From Ramazzottius varieornatus (taxonomy: Eukaryota; Animalia; Tardigrada), in contig BDGG01000001.1 of NCBI GenBank assembly GCA_001949185.1, positions 983,153 to 1,047,152 of the forward strand: DNA of 64,000 nucleotides, written 5' to 3'. How positions within the stretch are numbered: position 1 is the first letter of the stretch; the number at the start of each line of letters is the position of its first letter. The notes beneath the pieces were generated by a model. The model had not been told where the DNA came from. It made no database searches and saw nothing but the letters and a program-made list of their open reading frames with translations. Of the stretch, positions 12,330 to 24,937 are shown piece after piece. A program made the position numbers and the translations under genes.

Positions 12330-13117
12330 AAGTGTTCCGATTATTGTAATACGTAATTGAAAATGGCCAAATTTGACGGTTTTCGGATTCCGATAAAACA
12401 ATTCAAATTATAAATTCTGGATTGTGCATTTCGATTAATCGGAATTCAATTGGAATCCCAGAGACGCGACGATATTTTAATGTACAATTGAAATCCAAGA
12501 TGTTGGTAGTTCAGATAATGACCGTCAATGAGAGGCACGCGATATGCACCTAGGTATATCATTTTCTCACCTTCTGAAGCACCGCAAGTGCTTGATTGAC
12601 TGAGCAACGGTGCGCTTGTGCGTGCTGCACTGCCGCTCAGGATTACAATTCGTACGTAGTGCTTCGCAAAGGAGTTGCAGTGCGTCCTCTTACGCGCAAC
12701 CAACACCCGGTGGGCCTGCCTGGCGTTCTGTTTCTGAACTGTGGATCACGTTTACGCTTACGCGATGTACCGCGGCTCCTTTGCAGTGCATAACAGTCCG
12801 TTCTGACGGCAGTCATTCGTACTGGATACCGGGAACGACGTAGTCCACACGGAACACCAGAGAGTCATTCTAGACGCTTAAAACATCCCGCGCGGGGTAC
12901 CGAACAGAGATGCCAGTTTTATGGAAACTAAAATAACAAAACACTATCGCAATAACTCAAATAATTTCAATTGTAGTCGAAAGTCGTATTTGAATTAATC
13001 GTAATTGATAATCCAGCCATGATGACGTGGCAGCAATTCAAATTGCTGCTGCGCGAGGAATTTAGATTAATCGTAATTGCAATTGAGAACTGAGAACGTC
13101 TTATCGGAACAACACAG
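12330..13117. mobile_element. hAT-like family B, copy 2
   Basis: Starts AGTGTTCCGATTATTGTAAT...GAAAATGGC, ends TTAATCGTAATTG...CTTATCGGAACAACAC, as in 1542-3080. No TSD recognisable. Confidence 0.7.
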
Positions 13118-13384
13118 CCCCAAAAGAGCACTGTTTTGGCTACCTGTCCACACTTTAAAGTGACAATGATGCGGGATAAGAGGGACCGAAATTTTGCGTC
13201 AAAATTTCTTGACGTTATAAAGCGTGGAAATACGCCTGCATCTGTTTGGACGTGAAACTCCCATGTGAGGGTATCTCAGCTGGTTTTTTACCCATAGAGT
13301 TGTCGGCGAGATCTTCTCAAATGGGCGAACGGTTTTCTGAGACTTCTGTCCGTGGCGGCTTACCTCGTGATGCCCCTGGATATT

Positions 13385-15014
13385 CAGGGAGGGGAGCACT
13401 CTCGTACAGAGAAATTTCTGAGCCGCTGCCCAGATCTCTTCCTAGAGAAAATCGTGAGCGATCTTCCGACTTCGGAAATCGTTTTGCATGTTTTGATTGA
13501 CAGGATTTGCTCTTGGTCATCCCGCCATCGGGGATATTTTTCTTGATTGTCCGCACGCTACAGACCAACCCGCCCACCGTGGACTTTGGACACTGACGTC
13601 AGTCAACCTGTTTTGAAAGTTTTGTCCCATACTTCCGTGTTTTACATCGGGTACCACAGCAAGCGCCCAAGCCGTCCGCAGTCTTTACAGGAAAAGTTCT
13701 ACGTTGTAATAAGGGTTCGGCTTATTTATGGTAATGGGGGATAATTATTTTCTTTGAATCTACAAAGTATTACGGGCGTGGGACGAATTTCGTAATCAAG
13801 CGGGACACGGTAAAGACACTAAAACGGAAGCAAAGCTAGGTCATTGTCATCGTCAAGATCTTGATCCAGGGGCTCCAGGTCTCCGCCCTCTTCAGCCACG
13901 TCCTCAACGGCTTGCTCGTCACCAACTGCCTCAATGCGGTCTTCCTTTGTGTCGATATCCCAGTAGTCATCCTCAAGCTTGATGCAATGGGCGAAGAGCT
14001 TGGGAAAGTCTTCTAGCTCGAACATATCAGCAGATTCTTCCCACAGCTTCATCAGATTAGGCAGCTTTCTGGTGGTGTTTTGCTTGGCGACATACCCTTT
14101 GCGGCGGGCCCAGCATTTGGTAGGGCGGCAGACGAACTGTCTCGATGCCTTCTTCGGTCTTCAACAAGTGCCGACCGACGCCCGCGACACCATCTATTTC
14201 TTCCGCCTCGACAACCGGGTCCAAGGTTTCATTTACGTCATCTTCCGGAACGGTGTTGCTCTCGACTGCAGTTCCGCTCGGTGGACCAGTTATCAAATCT
14301 CACTTCGTAGTAATGTTCTGGATGGTGCGTGGAGTTCGCTGGCACAGATGCGCGATTGCCTTACGGCGATCTGCCATAGTGGTCAGAGCATATTTATTCG
14401 ACCCAAAAAACGACCGACCCAGCACTTTCCATAGATGAGCAATATGCCTCACATTCACGGGATACAGAGAAGAACTGGAAAACATCTCTCAGCTTCCTGT
14501 TAGTTTTGTCAGACTACGGTATACGCTATTGTATCAATAGGATACTGTGGTGCATTTGAAAACTGAGGAGACGGTTTTCGCTTGTGTTCGATGGAAGCTC
14601 TTATCTCTCCAGTTTTTTCCTGGATGACTCTTCATACTTTCCAGCTGTGATAGGAGAAGACAACAAAGAAGTTGTCTCGACTCTATCGTTTTCCAACGCG
14701 CAGCATGAAGGTCAGATGCCAGAAGGCCGATAAGAATATCGTCTGTGCCGGTACCTTTTACATTTCACGCACGCAACAGATTTCATTTTTCGCCTGCTGA
14801 CGTCAGAGTCCAAAGACCACGGTGGGCGGGTTGGTCTGTAGCGTGCGGACAATCAAGAAAAATATCCCCGATGGCGGGATGACCAAGAGCAAATCCTGTC
14901 AATCAAAACATGCAAAACGATTTCCGAAGTCGGAAGATCGCTCACGATTTTCCCTAGGAAGGGATCTGGGCAGCGGCTCAGAAATTTCTCTGTACGAGAG
15001 TGCTCCCCTCCCTG
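13385..15014 (-). mobile_element. Decayed IS630/Tc1-mariner transposon with 218-bp TIRs
   Basis: Near-identical arms 13385-13602 and 14797-15014 starting CAGGGAGGGGAGCAC. Internal minus-strand remnant VRLPPY / CWARRKGYVAKQNTTRKL...KLWEES...LFAHCIKLEDDYW matches the DDE_3 transposase C-terminus. Confidence 0.85.
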
Positions 15015-15227
15015 TTGTGATCCCGACCTTAGCGACATGCTCATTGCTCACTGCTCACATTCAGTCGCGGAACGTCATGCTTCGACCTAAAACTGCCGTG
15101 ACAAAACGACGATTGTACTGTAATTTGCAAAAATGTTTGCAGGCCGATCGTATATCAAGCTGACCTGGGGGCAAACAGCAGTTCAAACCTACCCATCAAC
15201 ATCGCAGAGGGCATGACTTCTCACTTA

Positions 15228-15623
15228 CAATTTTGGTTCCGGATCGAAGTCGCGTGACGGGCTGTTTCGCCTTCATTCCAAATAGATCCTAGAGGTAATA
15301 ATCTGCCGCATTCCTCGCTGAACTGGCCGGGGACCAGTGAATCCGACGATTTGTAATTCTTGAAACCGATTTCTCGGACCAATGCCCGATTGACCAGGTA
15401 GGCTAACAAAAGCCGGATTCTGGCAGGCAATGCATTCCTTGTTACTGAAAAAGGAGACGCCTCGATAATTGATGGTTATTTCGACTTTTGAGGATGAAAT
15501 GACAGTTGTGTAGTTGGGCATTGCATTGTACGTGTTACTTCAAGAAGGAGTTCCTGACATACCTGTTATCAGTGCGGGAATGAATAAAATACCGAAGACC
15601 AAGATTGTGATAAAACGTCTCAT
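15228..15623 (-). CDS. Signal-peptide exon plus Cys-containing exon(s); possibly the 5' part of the Ly6-like gene
   Basis: ATG 15623 MRRFITILVFGILFIPALIT, GT donor after 15563; downstream ECIACQNP and FSEECG...NQNC segments lie in different frames and end at a GTAAGT donor. Confidence 0.4.
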
Positions 15624-16443
15624 GTTGGAGGTCCGAATGTTGGAGGACCTTCAGCGTAGCTGAGGTCTTCGCAAATCTTGTAGTATTGCAAAACTAGGTT
15701 AGTTATCTACAATCGCACTGCTAACAGTGGCACTTGAAGGCTCTCGATCGAACATATAGTCAGCAGAATCAAATCCTCGCCTGGTTTCAATTTGCATTCT
15801 TTCACCGTTACGAAAGCAACGTTGTGAATTTGTGATCTATAATTCAGAAACTATATCCAGTATTCCAGTGCGCACGTTTCCTCAGCACACCTCGACTAAG
15901 GCCGGGAATGCCGGAAATATTCCCACCCAAACGAGTCCAGAATTACAATACCGGGAAAATTCCGCCCAAACATGAGGACCGGGAACGTCTGCCGGGGAAA
16001 ACCGGGAACGCTAATTCGGGTGGGAATTGTAATTCCCACCCGAATTAGCGTTCCAATACTAATTCGGGTGGGAATCAATACTAGTAATAAACATAAAATA
16101 TAAGGCGAAACATGAGTTGATCCACCGACTTCCAGATCCCGAGAACGTCTTTCTGGTGCAGCGGTAGCGTTTGCTGGCGTGGCCAGCATTTTTCCGTTTT
16201 CGCAGTGGTTCATGTTGGGCCGCGTGGCACTCTGCTACCTCGGTCCATAATGGCGTACGTCTACTTGATTATCGATTCTAACTACACAGTCCGATCGTTC
16301 TCGAGACACCGTATAACATCACAGATACCACGGCTCAGTTTTTCCGCAAATACCTTACGTCAGTTACCACGCTCTCACCACGTTTTACCCTTCAGGTTGT
16401 GTATACGTTTACACGCTCCTTCTAATGCTTTCATTGTCCTGTA

Positions 16444-16646
16444 CACGCTCGATGGGAAATTAAAGGACAGTAAAGTTCTGGGAAAGGCGGATAGGACGGT
16501 AAAGTGGAACTTCAACCGTGAAAAAGAGTTGGGAAGTACAACAGTGTGAATCGGTCGTGTACGTACGTGTTTCCTTACCACCGCTACCGTAGCGAAAAGG
16601 CCTGTCCCAAAATTTTTTACTGTCCCCTAATCAACCATCGTGCGTG
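16444..16646. mobile_element. MITE family E, uninterrupted diverged copy
   Basis: Same ends and internal GTACGTACGTG...CGTAGCGAAAAGGCCTG as 7146-7887 in reverse orientation, without the nested inserts. A further end fragment lies at ~19618-19680. Confidence 0.65.
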
Positions 16647-17729
16647 CATTATTCATCACGGAACAGTTAGCTGGCACCGGGAACACCGCACAACTTTCAA
16701 GGCAAAACAACTGACTAGAAAGATCCGAACGGGAGTACCAGGAATGATAAGTTGGATGGGAGTTGGAAAAACAGGATTATTCCAGAATTTCACTATTTGC
16801 TAAACGTAGTCTAAGCTCTGTTTCACCAACGATAGACCCCAAGACTTTCCAGACGGTGAACCTCCTGCAGAACCACTTAAGCCCACATTGGCTTTGAATG
16901 TTCAAACCGCTGGAAGAGCTATCGAATGGCTGTTCCACAAAGCTGGGCTTACCTCTCGATCATAACTGCTTGAACAATGGCTGTGCAGACAGCCATTGTT
17001 CAAGCAGTCTTGTGGCGTTTGAGTTTTGCGCTTGTCTTAATCAGCTCGACCATGAAACCGCTGTACGTATGTGCTTATCGCATCGCATCAATGTGGGTGT
17101 CGTGCGCCGCTTGTCGCACGCAGCCGCGCTGGCTACGTCACGTAACAAGAGGATGCCCTTGCCACGTCCTTTGCAACATGATGCACTATCATCGAGCATT
17201 GGGATCTGCTTCCCGGGCTTCAAGTTTTTGATCGATGTCGAAGTTTACAATTCGTTCAAATGAGGCCGTTATTTTTGGAAAAATACCACTACTTTTGCGA
17301 AAACAGCTTTTTTGAGTGCACCTGTTCTGCTTCAAACATGCGGATTGTTCTGTTGAGTGCTTCTGTGAATGCTGTCCCGAAATCAGTTTTGAGTTTTGTC
17401 TGACAACGTTCGAAACCAAAGGTTTTTGGTGGAAATCTAGGCAAGGTCTCGAAAATCTGATCTTGCATTCTGGGAGCAGTTTCGATCGCAAAGTAACCCC
17501 GGAATAAGGTATTACACACCCTGGTGCATCTACTGGACAGATTAAAATGTTTCAGCAAGTCCGTGAAACGGGAGAAATTTGGTTCTCGCTGCCTCTATCA
17601 GGTGGCTTTATGCCACCTGATTTTTATGCGCGGAAAAGCACGTTTTCCTTTTTTAAAAAATTCCAGAAGTCGTAATACGACAGCTTTTAACTGGCATTGT
17701 TGGTTTCAGAGGTCTTCTTGTCCCATTTG

Positions 17730-17937
17730 GCCATGGCACATGAGTTACAGTGGGCAGGTTGCGTTTCGTCGATTCTGAATTCTGACTGATCTCTACGTCA
17801 TCTTATCCGACTGTATGGTGTACGGTTGATGAGTGGCACTGCCACATTACTACCTTGGCTCACCGATCAGCTGTTCGTAACGTAACGAACTGAGCCCTAG
17901 GACCGTAACCTGCCCACTGTGGCTCATGTGCCATGGT
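17730..17937. mobile_element. Small inverted-repeat element
   Basis: CCATGGCACATGAGTTACAGTGGGCAGGTT / AACCTGCCCACTGTGGCTCATGTGCCATGG. Confidence 0.6.
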
Positions 17938-17951
17938 CTACGGGTTAGGAA

Positions 17952-18586
17952 CAGTGTTATTTTAATGATTGTAATAAATAATTGAAAATGGCCGAAAACC
18001 GGCTCTTTTAAATTTTACTATCATAATTAAAATTGCCAAACCCAGCCGACGGATTTTACTACATAGTGAAATTATAGTAAAATTGGCTGGATGGTGGGAT
18101 AGTAAAACAGATAATTAAAATTAGGCCAAACTGCAATTAAAATAAGACCGAAATGCGGAAAGGGGGTCGAAACTGCGCCATCGGTGGTATTTCTTGCATC
18201 GTTTCTACTGTTTGACATCAGGCGACATCCGCGAACCGTATCCTAGGTACTGCGTACAAGCTTAGTTTGCGCACCGGGTTATGGAAAACGAGCTGCGCAC
18301 CACATAGTTCCGTTTTCGCACACCGTGAATTGTGCGTGTTTTATGCTGCGATGTATTGATTCAACGACTGAAGAGCTAACATGCGCCAGCATGGCGTGAA
18401 ACCTGCCAGTTGCCATCGCCCCGCAATTAAAATAATTAAAATTGTTACTGCTAACATAAGTAAAATTAATAGATAATTGACGATTCTACGAGAACGGTTT
18501 CCTGCAATCAAAATAATGAAGCCTGGTAGAATTTTACTGATCGTAATAGGAATTGAAATTCCAAAAGTCATAGTAAAATAACACTG
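17952..18586. mobile_element. hAT-like element related to family B
   Basis: TIRs CAGTGTTATTTTA / TAAAATAACACTG; AATTGAAAATGGCC subterminal motif shared with family B; flanks GTTAGGAA / TTCAGGAA. Confidence 0.7.
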
Positions 18587-19985
18587 TTCAGGAAAACCTT
18601 TGGTTGGGTGGTAACCTAGCTCCACAGGATGGTATGATTCGCCACCATGTTGCTTTGCCCGCTCCTGAAAGAAAAAAATCTGAAAGAGAGTAGCAAAAAC
18701 TTCCCCGTCTGGGTTTCAATCAAGATTTTTCTTCCACCTGTCAACGCGCGGGCCTAGAACCTACCACCTGAGAACAAGAGTGCTGGTATACAGCATATGG
18801 GTTTCGGCAGCCCAATTTACGGGATAACAACTTAAGGTCCGGATCACATCTTTTGCCATGAAATTGTAGGCAATGTTAAGGCGCATCGAGGGCTAGTTTC
18901 GCTACGCTTCGCCACGGATAGACGTTTCACAAAACTGTGCACCCTTGTGAGAAGACTTTGCCGAAAAATCTAGGGGTGATTAGTAGCTGAAGCACCACCA
19001 CATCGGGGTTTATTATCGAAAACCTTGTCCGTCGAAACTTCGAATCACTTCGAACTTTTCTGACGAAGTCGTCTGACCAGTGGTCAGATGGCCAAATGGA
19101 CTTCGGCATCGTGTTCATCAGTCTAACTTTTCCCTTGGGGTCCCAGAACTTTATAGTCGATTCTTGACCAATTTGACCAGCGATCGTTATCTCGTAAATT
19201 GGGCTGCCATATCTCAATAGTCTCATGCGAAAAAAACTTAAACGACAACTAACAACTTTGCAACAAACACTTGAACTCAGTTCTTCGAAAAGTAACAGGT
19301 CATACTGTACTTCCGCACCTAATAATACCTGGCAAGAGACTTGCTGTATTGTTCTTTGCTTCTCGAGTACTATGGTCAGATTCCACAAGACTTTTTCTAG
19401 CTAAGGAGCCGCGAAGCAAGCAGTAATTTGTGAAATCGGACGCTGAGAACTTCGCCATGCGATTTACAGTAACATTTACAAGTCTGATATTTTCTCCTCG
19501 AACATCAGGAAATAGTCGAGCTAAGATTTCATGACCGTTGAATATTCACTGCTAATAAAAACGAGTTTCTCTGCTGCTTCTTTTTCCAGTTTCAATCCGA
19601 CACTCGATCTCTGGGTACACGCATGGCGAGATATTACGGGCCAGTAAAAATTACGGGCCAGGCGGAAAAAGACGGCAAATTTACAATTTGTATGGAAGTC
19701 AGAAACAGAAATCGCACAAATGACGTTGCGTAGTAAAATTCAACTGTAGAACATTGTCATGGACAGTGGCCATCAGCTGATCAGCTGTTTTACTCTAAAG
19801 CTTCTATGCTGCTGTCGACTTTCTCCCGGAGGCCGAAGAAGTCTTGGAATAGTTTGAACTGTTGAAGGTATAATGAAGATCTGACGAATTAAGGAAGAAC
19901 TTGTACAAGGCGGAGGCAGAATTAAGCAAATAGATAAAAGTTCATGCAGTGGTGTGGTATCGTGGCAGCTGGCATCTATGAAAAT

Positions 19986-20804
19986 TCAGGATTCGACGTC
20001 ACGCTGAGCACCGATTTCGGATGGAGTATCGACGCACCCAACGCCAGGTAAAAAGTAGCCAGACGAGCACCCGCATGTTGCCGTCGATGGCAGACAACTA
20101 AGACCAGAGACGCCGCTCCTAGGAGGACGTATTGGTATCCCACACTGGTAGAGGGTCTCGCCTTTCGGTTTACAACAGCGACCGTAGGCACCTGCAACAT
20201 CGACGCATGGATTATTTTTCACTCGAACAGTAATCTTTCCAGGCAGGAGACAGCGTATAAAGTGCAGCGCTATCTACTGTTGCATAACAATCCTCCTTTC
20301 CCATGACGCTTGAGTGCTTGGCACATGCAAGTACCGATATCCCCATTCGCAACAGGCTTCCAACACTCATGACCGAGCCCTTTCGCACAGTCGTTGTTGT
20401 CCTTGCATCTGCTTGTGGCCCGGTTAGCTAGATGGTGAAGCAAAACACTCGAACCGTAAAAGCTAACTTTGTAAGACACAGATTATTTTAGTATGTAACG
20501 AACGCATGTACTGGTGCTGCATCGTCGATGAGTTGTAGGCTGGGCTTCCCGGTGTACCAGCTGGGATCGCTGGTACAGGTGGCTTTGACTTCGTGGCCGG
20601 TTGAGGGCCCTGGGCTTTCAATATGGTGCAGGTACATCTTCCGAGCGCCACATCGCAACGAGAGTCTGCGTTGTTTTCTATTTCAGTGGCGCTTGGACAC
20701 TCTGGAAACGCCTGCCTGAACCAAGATATTGGTCGGTGCTGTGCTGCTCGCACTCCGACGCTTCGCGCCTGCCGTGACGTCAGGCTTAACGGTGCGCTAC
20801 TCAG
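19986..20804 (-). pseudogene. Cys-rich extracellular (EB/EGF-like) gene, apparently frameshifted
   Basis: Modules SRCDVALGRCTC, RCKDNNDCAKGLGHECWKP...GTCMC and LSCLPSTATCGCSSGY..VGC in different frames, separated by stops without convincing introns. Confidence 0.45.
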
Positions 20805-22072
20805 CTGTTCTCAACATAGGAATTTTTTAGTGACATGGCTGTACTGGGCGAGTGGTCTGTAGCTGCATTTTTGGTGCTCTTTTCAGTGATGCAACTGTTG
20901 GTCGCAAAAGGTATTCGAAATTGCTTACAGTCAAAATGTGGTTGGAGTTGCGGATAACTTAGTGACACTGCATGTTTTTGTGTGGCAGGGATCGGTGACA
21001 GGTCGGCGAGTTCGCTCGTCGCGGCTGCCCTGCCGAGCTTGTGAACAGTTCTTGTCGCCCGGGTTAAGTGGCGCATCCTTTTTTTCAGTTCAGAGCTTGC
21101 GATATCTGAAGGCTTGAACAATTTCATCGTCCATTCAGATCTCGACAGACTTATGAGGGCCTCGGTTCGGCCTGATAAATCAGGCTTCGACCAGTTCGCC
21201 AATCAACCCTGGTAATACCGCTTCGTCGAGCTAGCTGCTAGCCGTGCCGTTCCGGTTAGGTTGCAGTGGAGTGATCGCTCTTGCCCGTTAAGCATCCATA
21301 TGGATAACGAGGAGTCGGGTTCTCAAGCCTATTAAGCTCACACTCACAACGCTTTCCCGTCATTGACACATGTGCGTCGACACGTGTGGTTGATGGTTAA
21401 TTCCGTTGGTTCAATGGCCTTGCTATTCCCTATATCCAACGAGGGAACAGTGTCGGTGAACTCCAAACGCAGGACAATACCGCGGCTAGAGCAACGGAGG
21501 GAGTGGCGATATAAGCTCTAAGATCGTACTTTTTCTTACGCGGACTGTGGCAAGCTTGCAAAGTCAGTTTTATTCGCAAGAATGTGCTTTTCGGAAGTAG
21601 AAAAGTGGTGTGAAGCTCCTCCAAAGAAACGCTAGTACTGGATCTTCTGTCAAATAAACCTGCGGGTATAATGGTTGGACAGCGCCCTCTGACGAGACTA
21701 GTAATCGTGCTGTTCACACAATACTGCTGTATATAGGTGAATAAAAGACGTGTCCGAAGAGCATCTGTTTCGTCGTGAGATTTGGTGGACCGATAGTGAC
21801 TTAACAGATAGTCTCAGAAACCACAGTTCCAGCAAGAAAACGGCCAGCCTCGAATTTCCGTAAAGCGACGCGGATTCGATCGTGAGTAATCGTACGTAGC
21901 GTTCCCGCGAAGTTGACAACAGTCTCTACTCATAAGACCTAGAAGTTCATATCTGGATCTGTTTTACCAGCTGGCCAATTCCGCGTTCTGTGTGACAAGT
22001 TTTCTTTTCTTCAGGATTTGGCTGTTTGTACCATTGCTGAAGACTCTGTACCCGAAGCTCCACTCACACAGA

Positions 22073-23295
22073 ATGAACGGATCCATTTGTCTGCTGCTTG
22101 CTCTGTTTTTTACTTCCGTATTGGCAGGTCTTGTTGATCGAATGCAGGATGTTTCCGACGCCCAAAGGTATCCCTTAATCCGCGACTTTATTCGCATTGA
22201 AGCCAATATCCTACGGCTGGATAATCCGCGCGGTATTTCCCACACCGGCCTACCCTGCGATATCACCGACTCCTGCGATCCACGTGTGATCGCTTTTATT
22301 GACACGTAATAGTCATCAATGTTACTTTTTTTATGGCTGCTTGTCTGTGCCGAATTCGAAGACACCTGTAGCCGAGCGTTTTTACGATGTTACCGAACAA
22401 GTTATAAGTAACTTTACTCTTTGTTTTGCAGTGAGAAACCGAACCATGACTTTGGCGGAGATTCGGTCCCTTACCGCAACTGGTTCACTCTCTACGACGG
22501 CAACAATATCAACTCTCCCGAAATTAACAAACTCATCACCCGGGATATCTGCGGAGTGCCAATTCGGGTAAGATCTTTTTGTCACGATTTTACTTTTTCC
22601 TACGGTTATGACTGCCTTTCTCCATCGTAGAAAGTGAATGTGCGAGTTCGAGCCATTGACAAAGGTATGGGTTTGCTTCAACACGTAAACCGTTTCTGAG
22701 CCATATTTTGTCAGGCCAGTCTTTTCTCCACAGACATGTTCAACGACGACAAAATCGACAATTTTGCTTGGTAAGTTTGCTGAGCTTTGCCTCCTAGTGA
22801 CAGCGTTCACTATTTAGGAAAAAAATGGAAATAGTTCGTTGTCCAGAGTGGCGCACACTTTCCGCCAGAAGCAACGGAAACGCGCGCCACTGGACATAAC
22901 GAATGTTCATTTCTTTTGTCGACGTCCCAAGCGGGATATTTTACAGTTTTTGGATTTTGCAGTTTTATCACCACGGATAATACTCCAGCAGCGGACGAAA
23001 AGAGTGCCCAATGGTCAGCTGAAATGCCCTGTTATGGAGAAGATAAGAGTGCCATAAGGTATGTTTTGTCGTGTCGCCACTTGTACCGATTTGTCAACCA
23101 GAGTCTGTCTTTGTGTCAACCTACCCCATCGTTCAATTAACGGCGCCCTGGCTGATGAAGACGAAATTCGATCTTGCCCCACACTGTCTTCGTTGCAGAG
23201 TATGGATTCAGTGGAGATGGTATTTGATCCCGGAACAACAGTGTCGCGCTTCCTCCAACGGTCGGGGCTGGCTGGACGGATGGTTCACCAAATAG
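22073..23295 (+). CDS. AMNP-family-like secreted C2-domain protein, copy 1 (6 exons)
   Basis: Exons 22073-22305, 22432-22567, 22631-22664, 22734-22770, 22963-23058, 23199-23295; signal peptide; SHTGLPCDITDSCDPRVIAFIDT, DFGGDSVPY, RVRAIDKDMFNDDKIDN, WRWY..C. Confidence 0.85.
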
Positions 23296-23689
23296 AAAGC
23301 CTGTCACTTCCTTGTTTGTGATTCGCCCTATGGCTCGCTGACGCTATCGCGAATCGCGATCAAGATTGTTTGGTGGATATCTGTTTAACCAAAGTCCAGT
23401 TCCGCTCCATATTTTCTGTTCTTTGTTTTTCCAGAACTTTTCCTGTTTGACTGTGCTTACGGTCGCAACTGTATTCATATGCAAGCACAATATTTCGACG
23501 CGCAGTTTTGGTTAGTTTTCGGCGGATCGCCAGATCCCTTTAACACCTGCAGTAACGGGTTTTTTGTGTCGGAATTGAGGTCCACTCTGCCCACAACATG
23601 CAAGAGAGAATACATTTCTCCAATGATTTTGAGACAGTTCCACAGCTTGATAAAAAAATTAGAAAAATTTCGCAAGGGAAGGAGACAGA

Positions 23690-23870
23690 ATCTTTCCTCC
23701 TCGAACTATCATTTACTGAAGATTTCTGGTTGGTCTGGCCAGCAGTCACTATGCTTCACCAGATGGATGAGGATTTTACCTGGGCAAAGCAGAAAAATGT
23801 TAAGCTGATACACTTGATATCGAGCCCGTACTATGGCAAGAATTGCGGCACTGGGATCGTTTGCAGCCCA
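23690..23870 (+). pseudogene. Possible decayed fragment of a METTL21/23-like (family 16) methyltransferase
   Basis: LVWPAVTML followed ~30 aa later by CGTGIV, resembling VWPAA..L / ELGCGTG; nothing else recognisable. Confidence 0.25.
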
Positions 23871-24079
23871 TGGTATACTGGCAGTGTTAAACGAACTGCA
23901 TGGTCTCGATCTATTGTAGTACATTGTTAAATTCGCGCCGTTTATTTCCGCCTCGCCCTACGCAGTGAAAAATCTTCAAGTATCCAGTAACCCTCTTGCA
24001 TTTTGTGATCAGCCACGCCCGAAGTTTCGGGAATTTCACGTTGCTGTACCAGATACGCGATCAAATGACAGGCAGTATA

Positions 24080-24280
24080 CTGTATTACCTCTAAGGTTTC
24101 GCGCAGTCACGTGACAGGCCAGTAAATATTGAGTGGCGGGAATAAAAAACTTCACTGCCATCAATCAAAAATTCCTGGCCAACCGAGCGCAGCAATGTGC
24201 CACAATCAGTGATACGGGGCCCGGGTGTAATTCACTAATTCACTGTCACGTGACTGCGCGAAACCTTAGAGGTAATACAG
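24080..24280. mobile_element. TA-flanked MITE
   Basis: Perfect ~38-bp TIR CTGTATTACCTCTAAGGTTTCGCGCAGTCACGTGACAG; TA on both sides. Confidence 0.85.
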
Positions 24281-24937
24281 TAAGTTTCCGTACGCAGTAC
24301 AAGCCGATAACGCGTTCAACACAACCTAATGCTTTGCAGATGAGGTTGGCCGCATCGACTGCGCACGCATGTTGTATAATTTAATAATCATTCGCGGTAT
24401 TGTAAAGATTATAGACCATAAAAAAGTTATGGCCTATGGAACACTCCCAAAATGTTTTAGTAGGTCGTTGCGTCAAGAAACAGATACCTCGTTTCAACAA
24501 TTCATGGTGGTCGTACCGTCAAGTTTATAGATTTCCCAGAGCTCTTTGAGTCACGACAAAGTAAAGCTCTGCGAGTCAGGTACGGTAAAACCTTCAAGGT
24601 ACCCTCTGACGTCACTGGGCAGTTACTGTCAGTTGCAGCTAATCGCTGACACCATCTTCTGTCATAAACATGAAAGCAAGGTGTTGCCTTACACAACACG
24701 ACGCCCCACAATGCGTCATGCTGGCAACAACAAAACACTTGAGACGGGCTTTACCCATCAAACCGCTTACCTTGCTTGCTCAGCTTGCCTGTATAAAAGG
24801 TCCGGGTTGTCTCTGCATTCCATCAAACATCATTTTGTGGTCAGCTGGATTTTGCTCCCGCAGAGTTAAACGTCTTCACCATATTTTTTTATCTTAGTCT
24901 CGATACTTCTTCCTTATTTCGAGCGGAAATTTTTTAA

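Noticed and set aside
13317-15163. Duplicated ORFs MGGLVCSVRT... on opposite strands
   Set aside because: They are translations of the two transposon TIRs, not genes.
18927-19388. 153-aa minus-strand ORF
   Set aside because: Non-ATG start, no recognisable motif or exon context.
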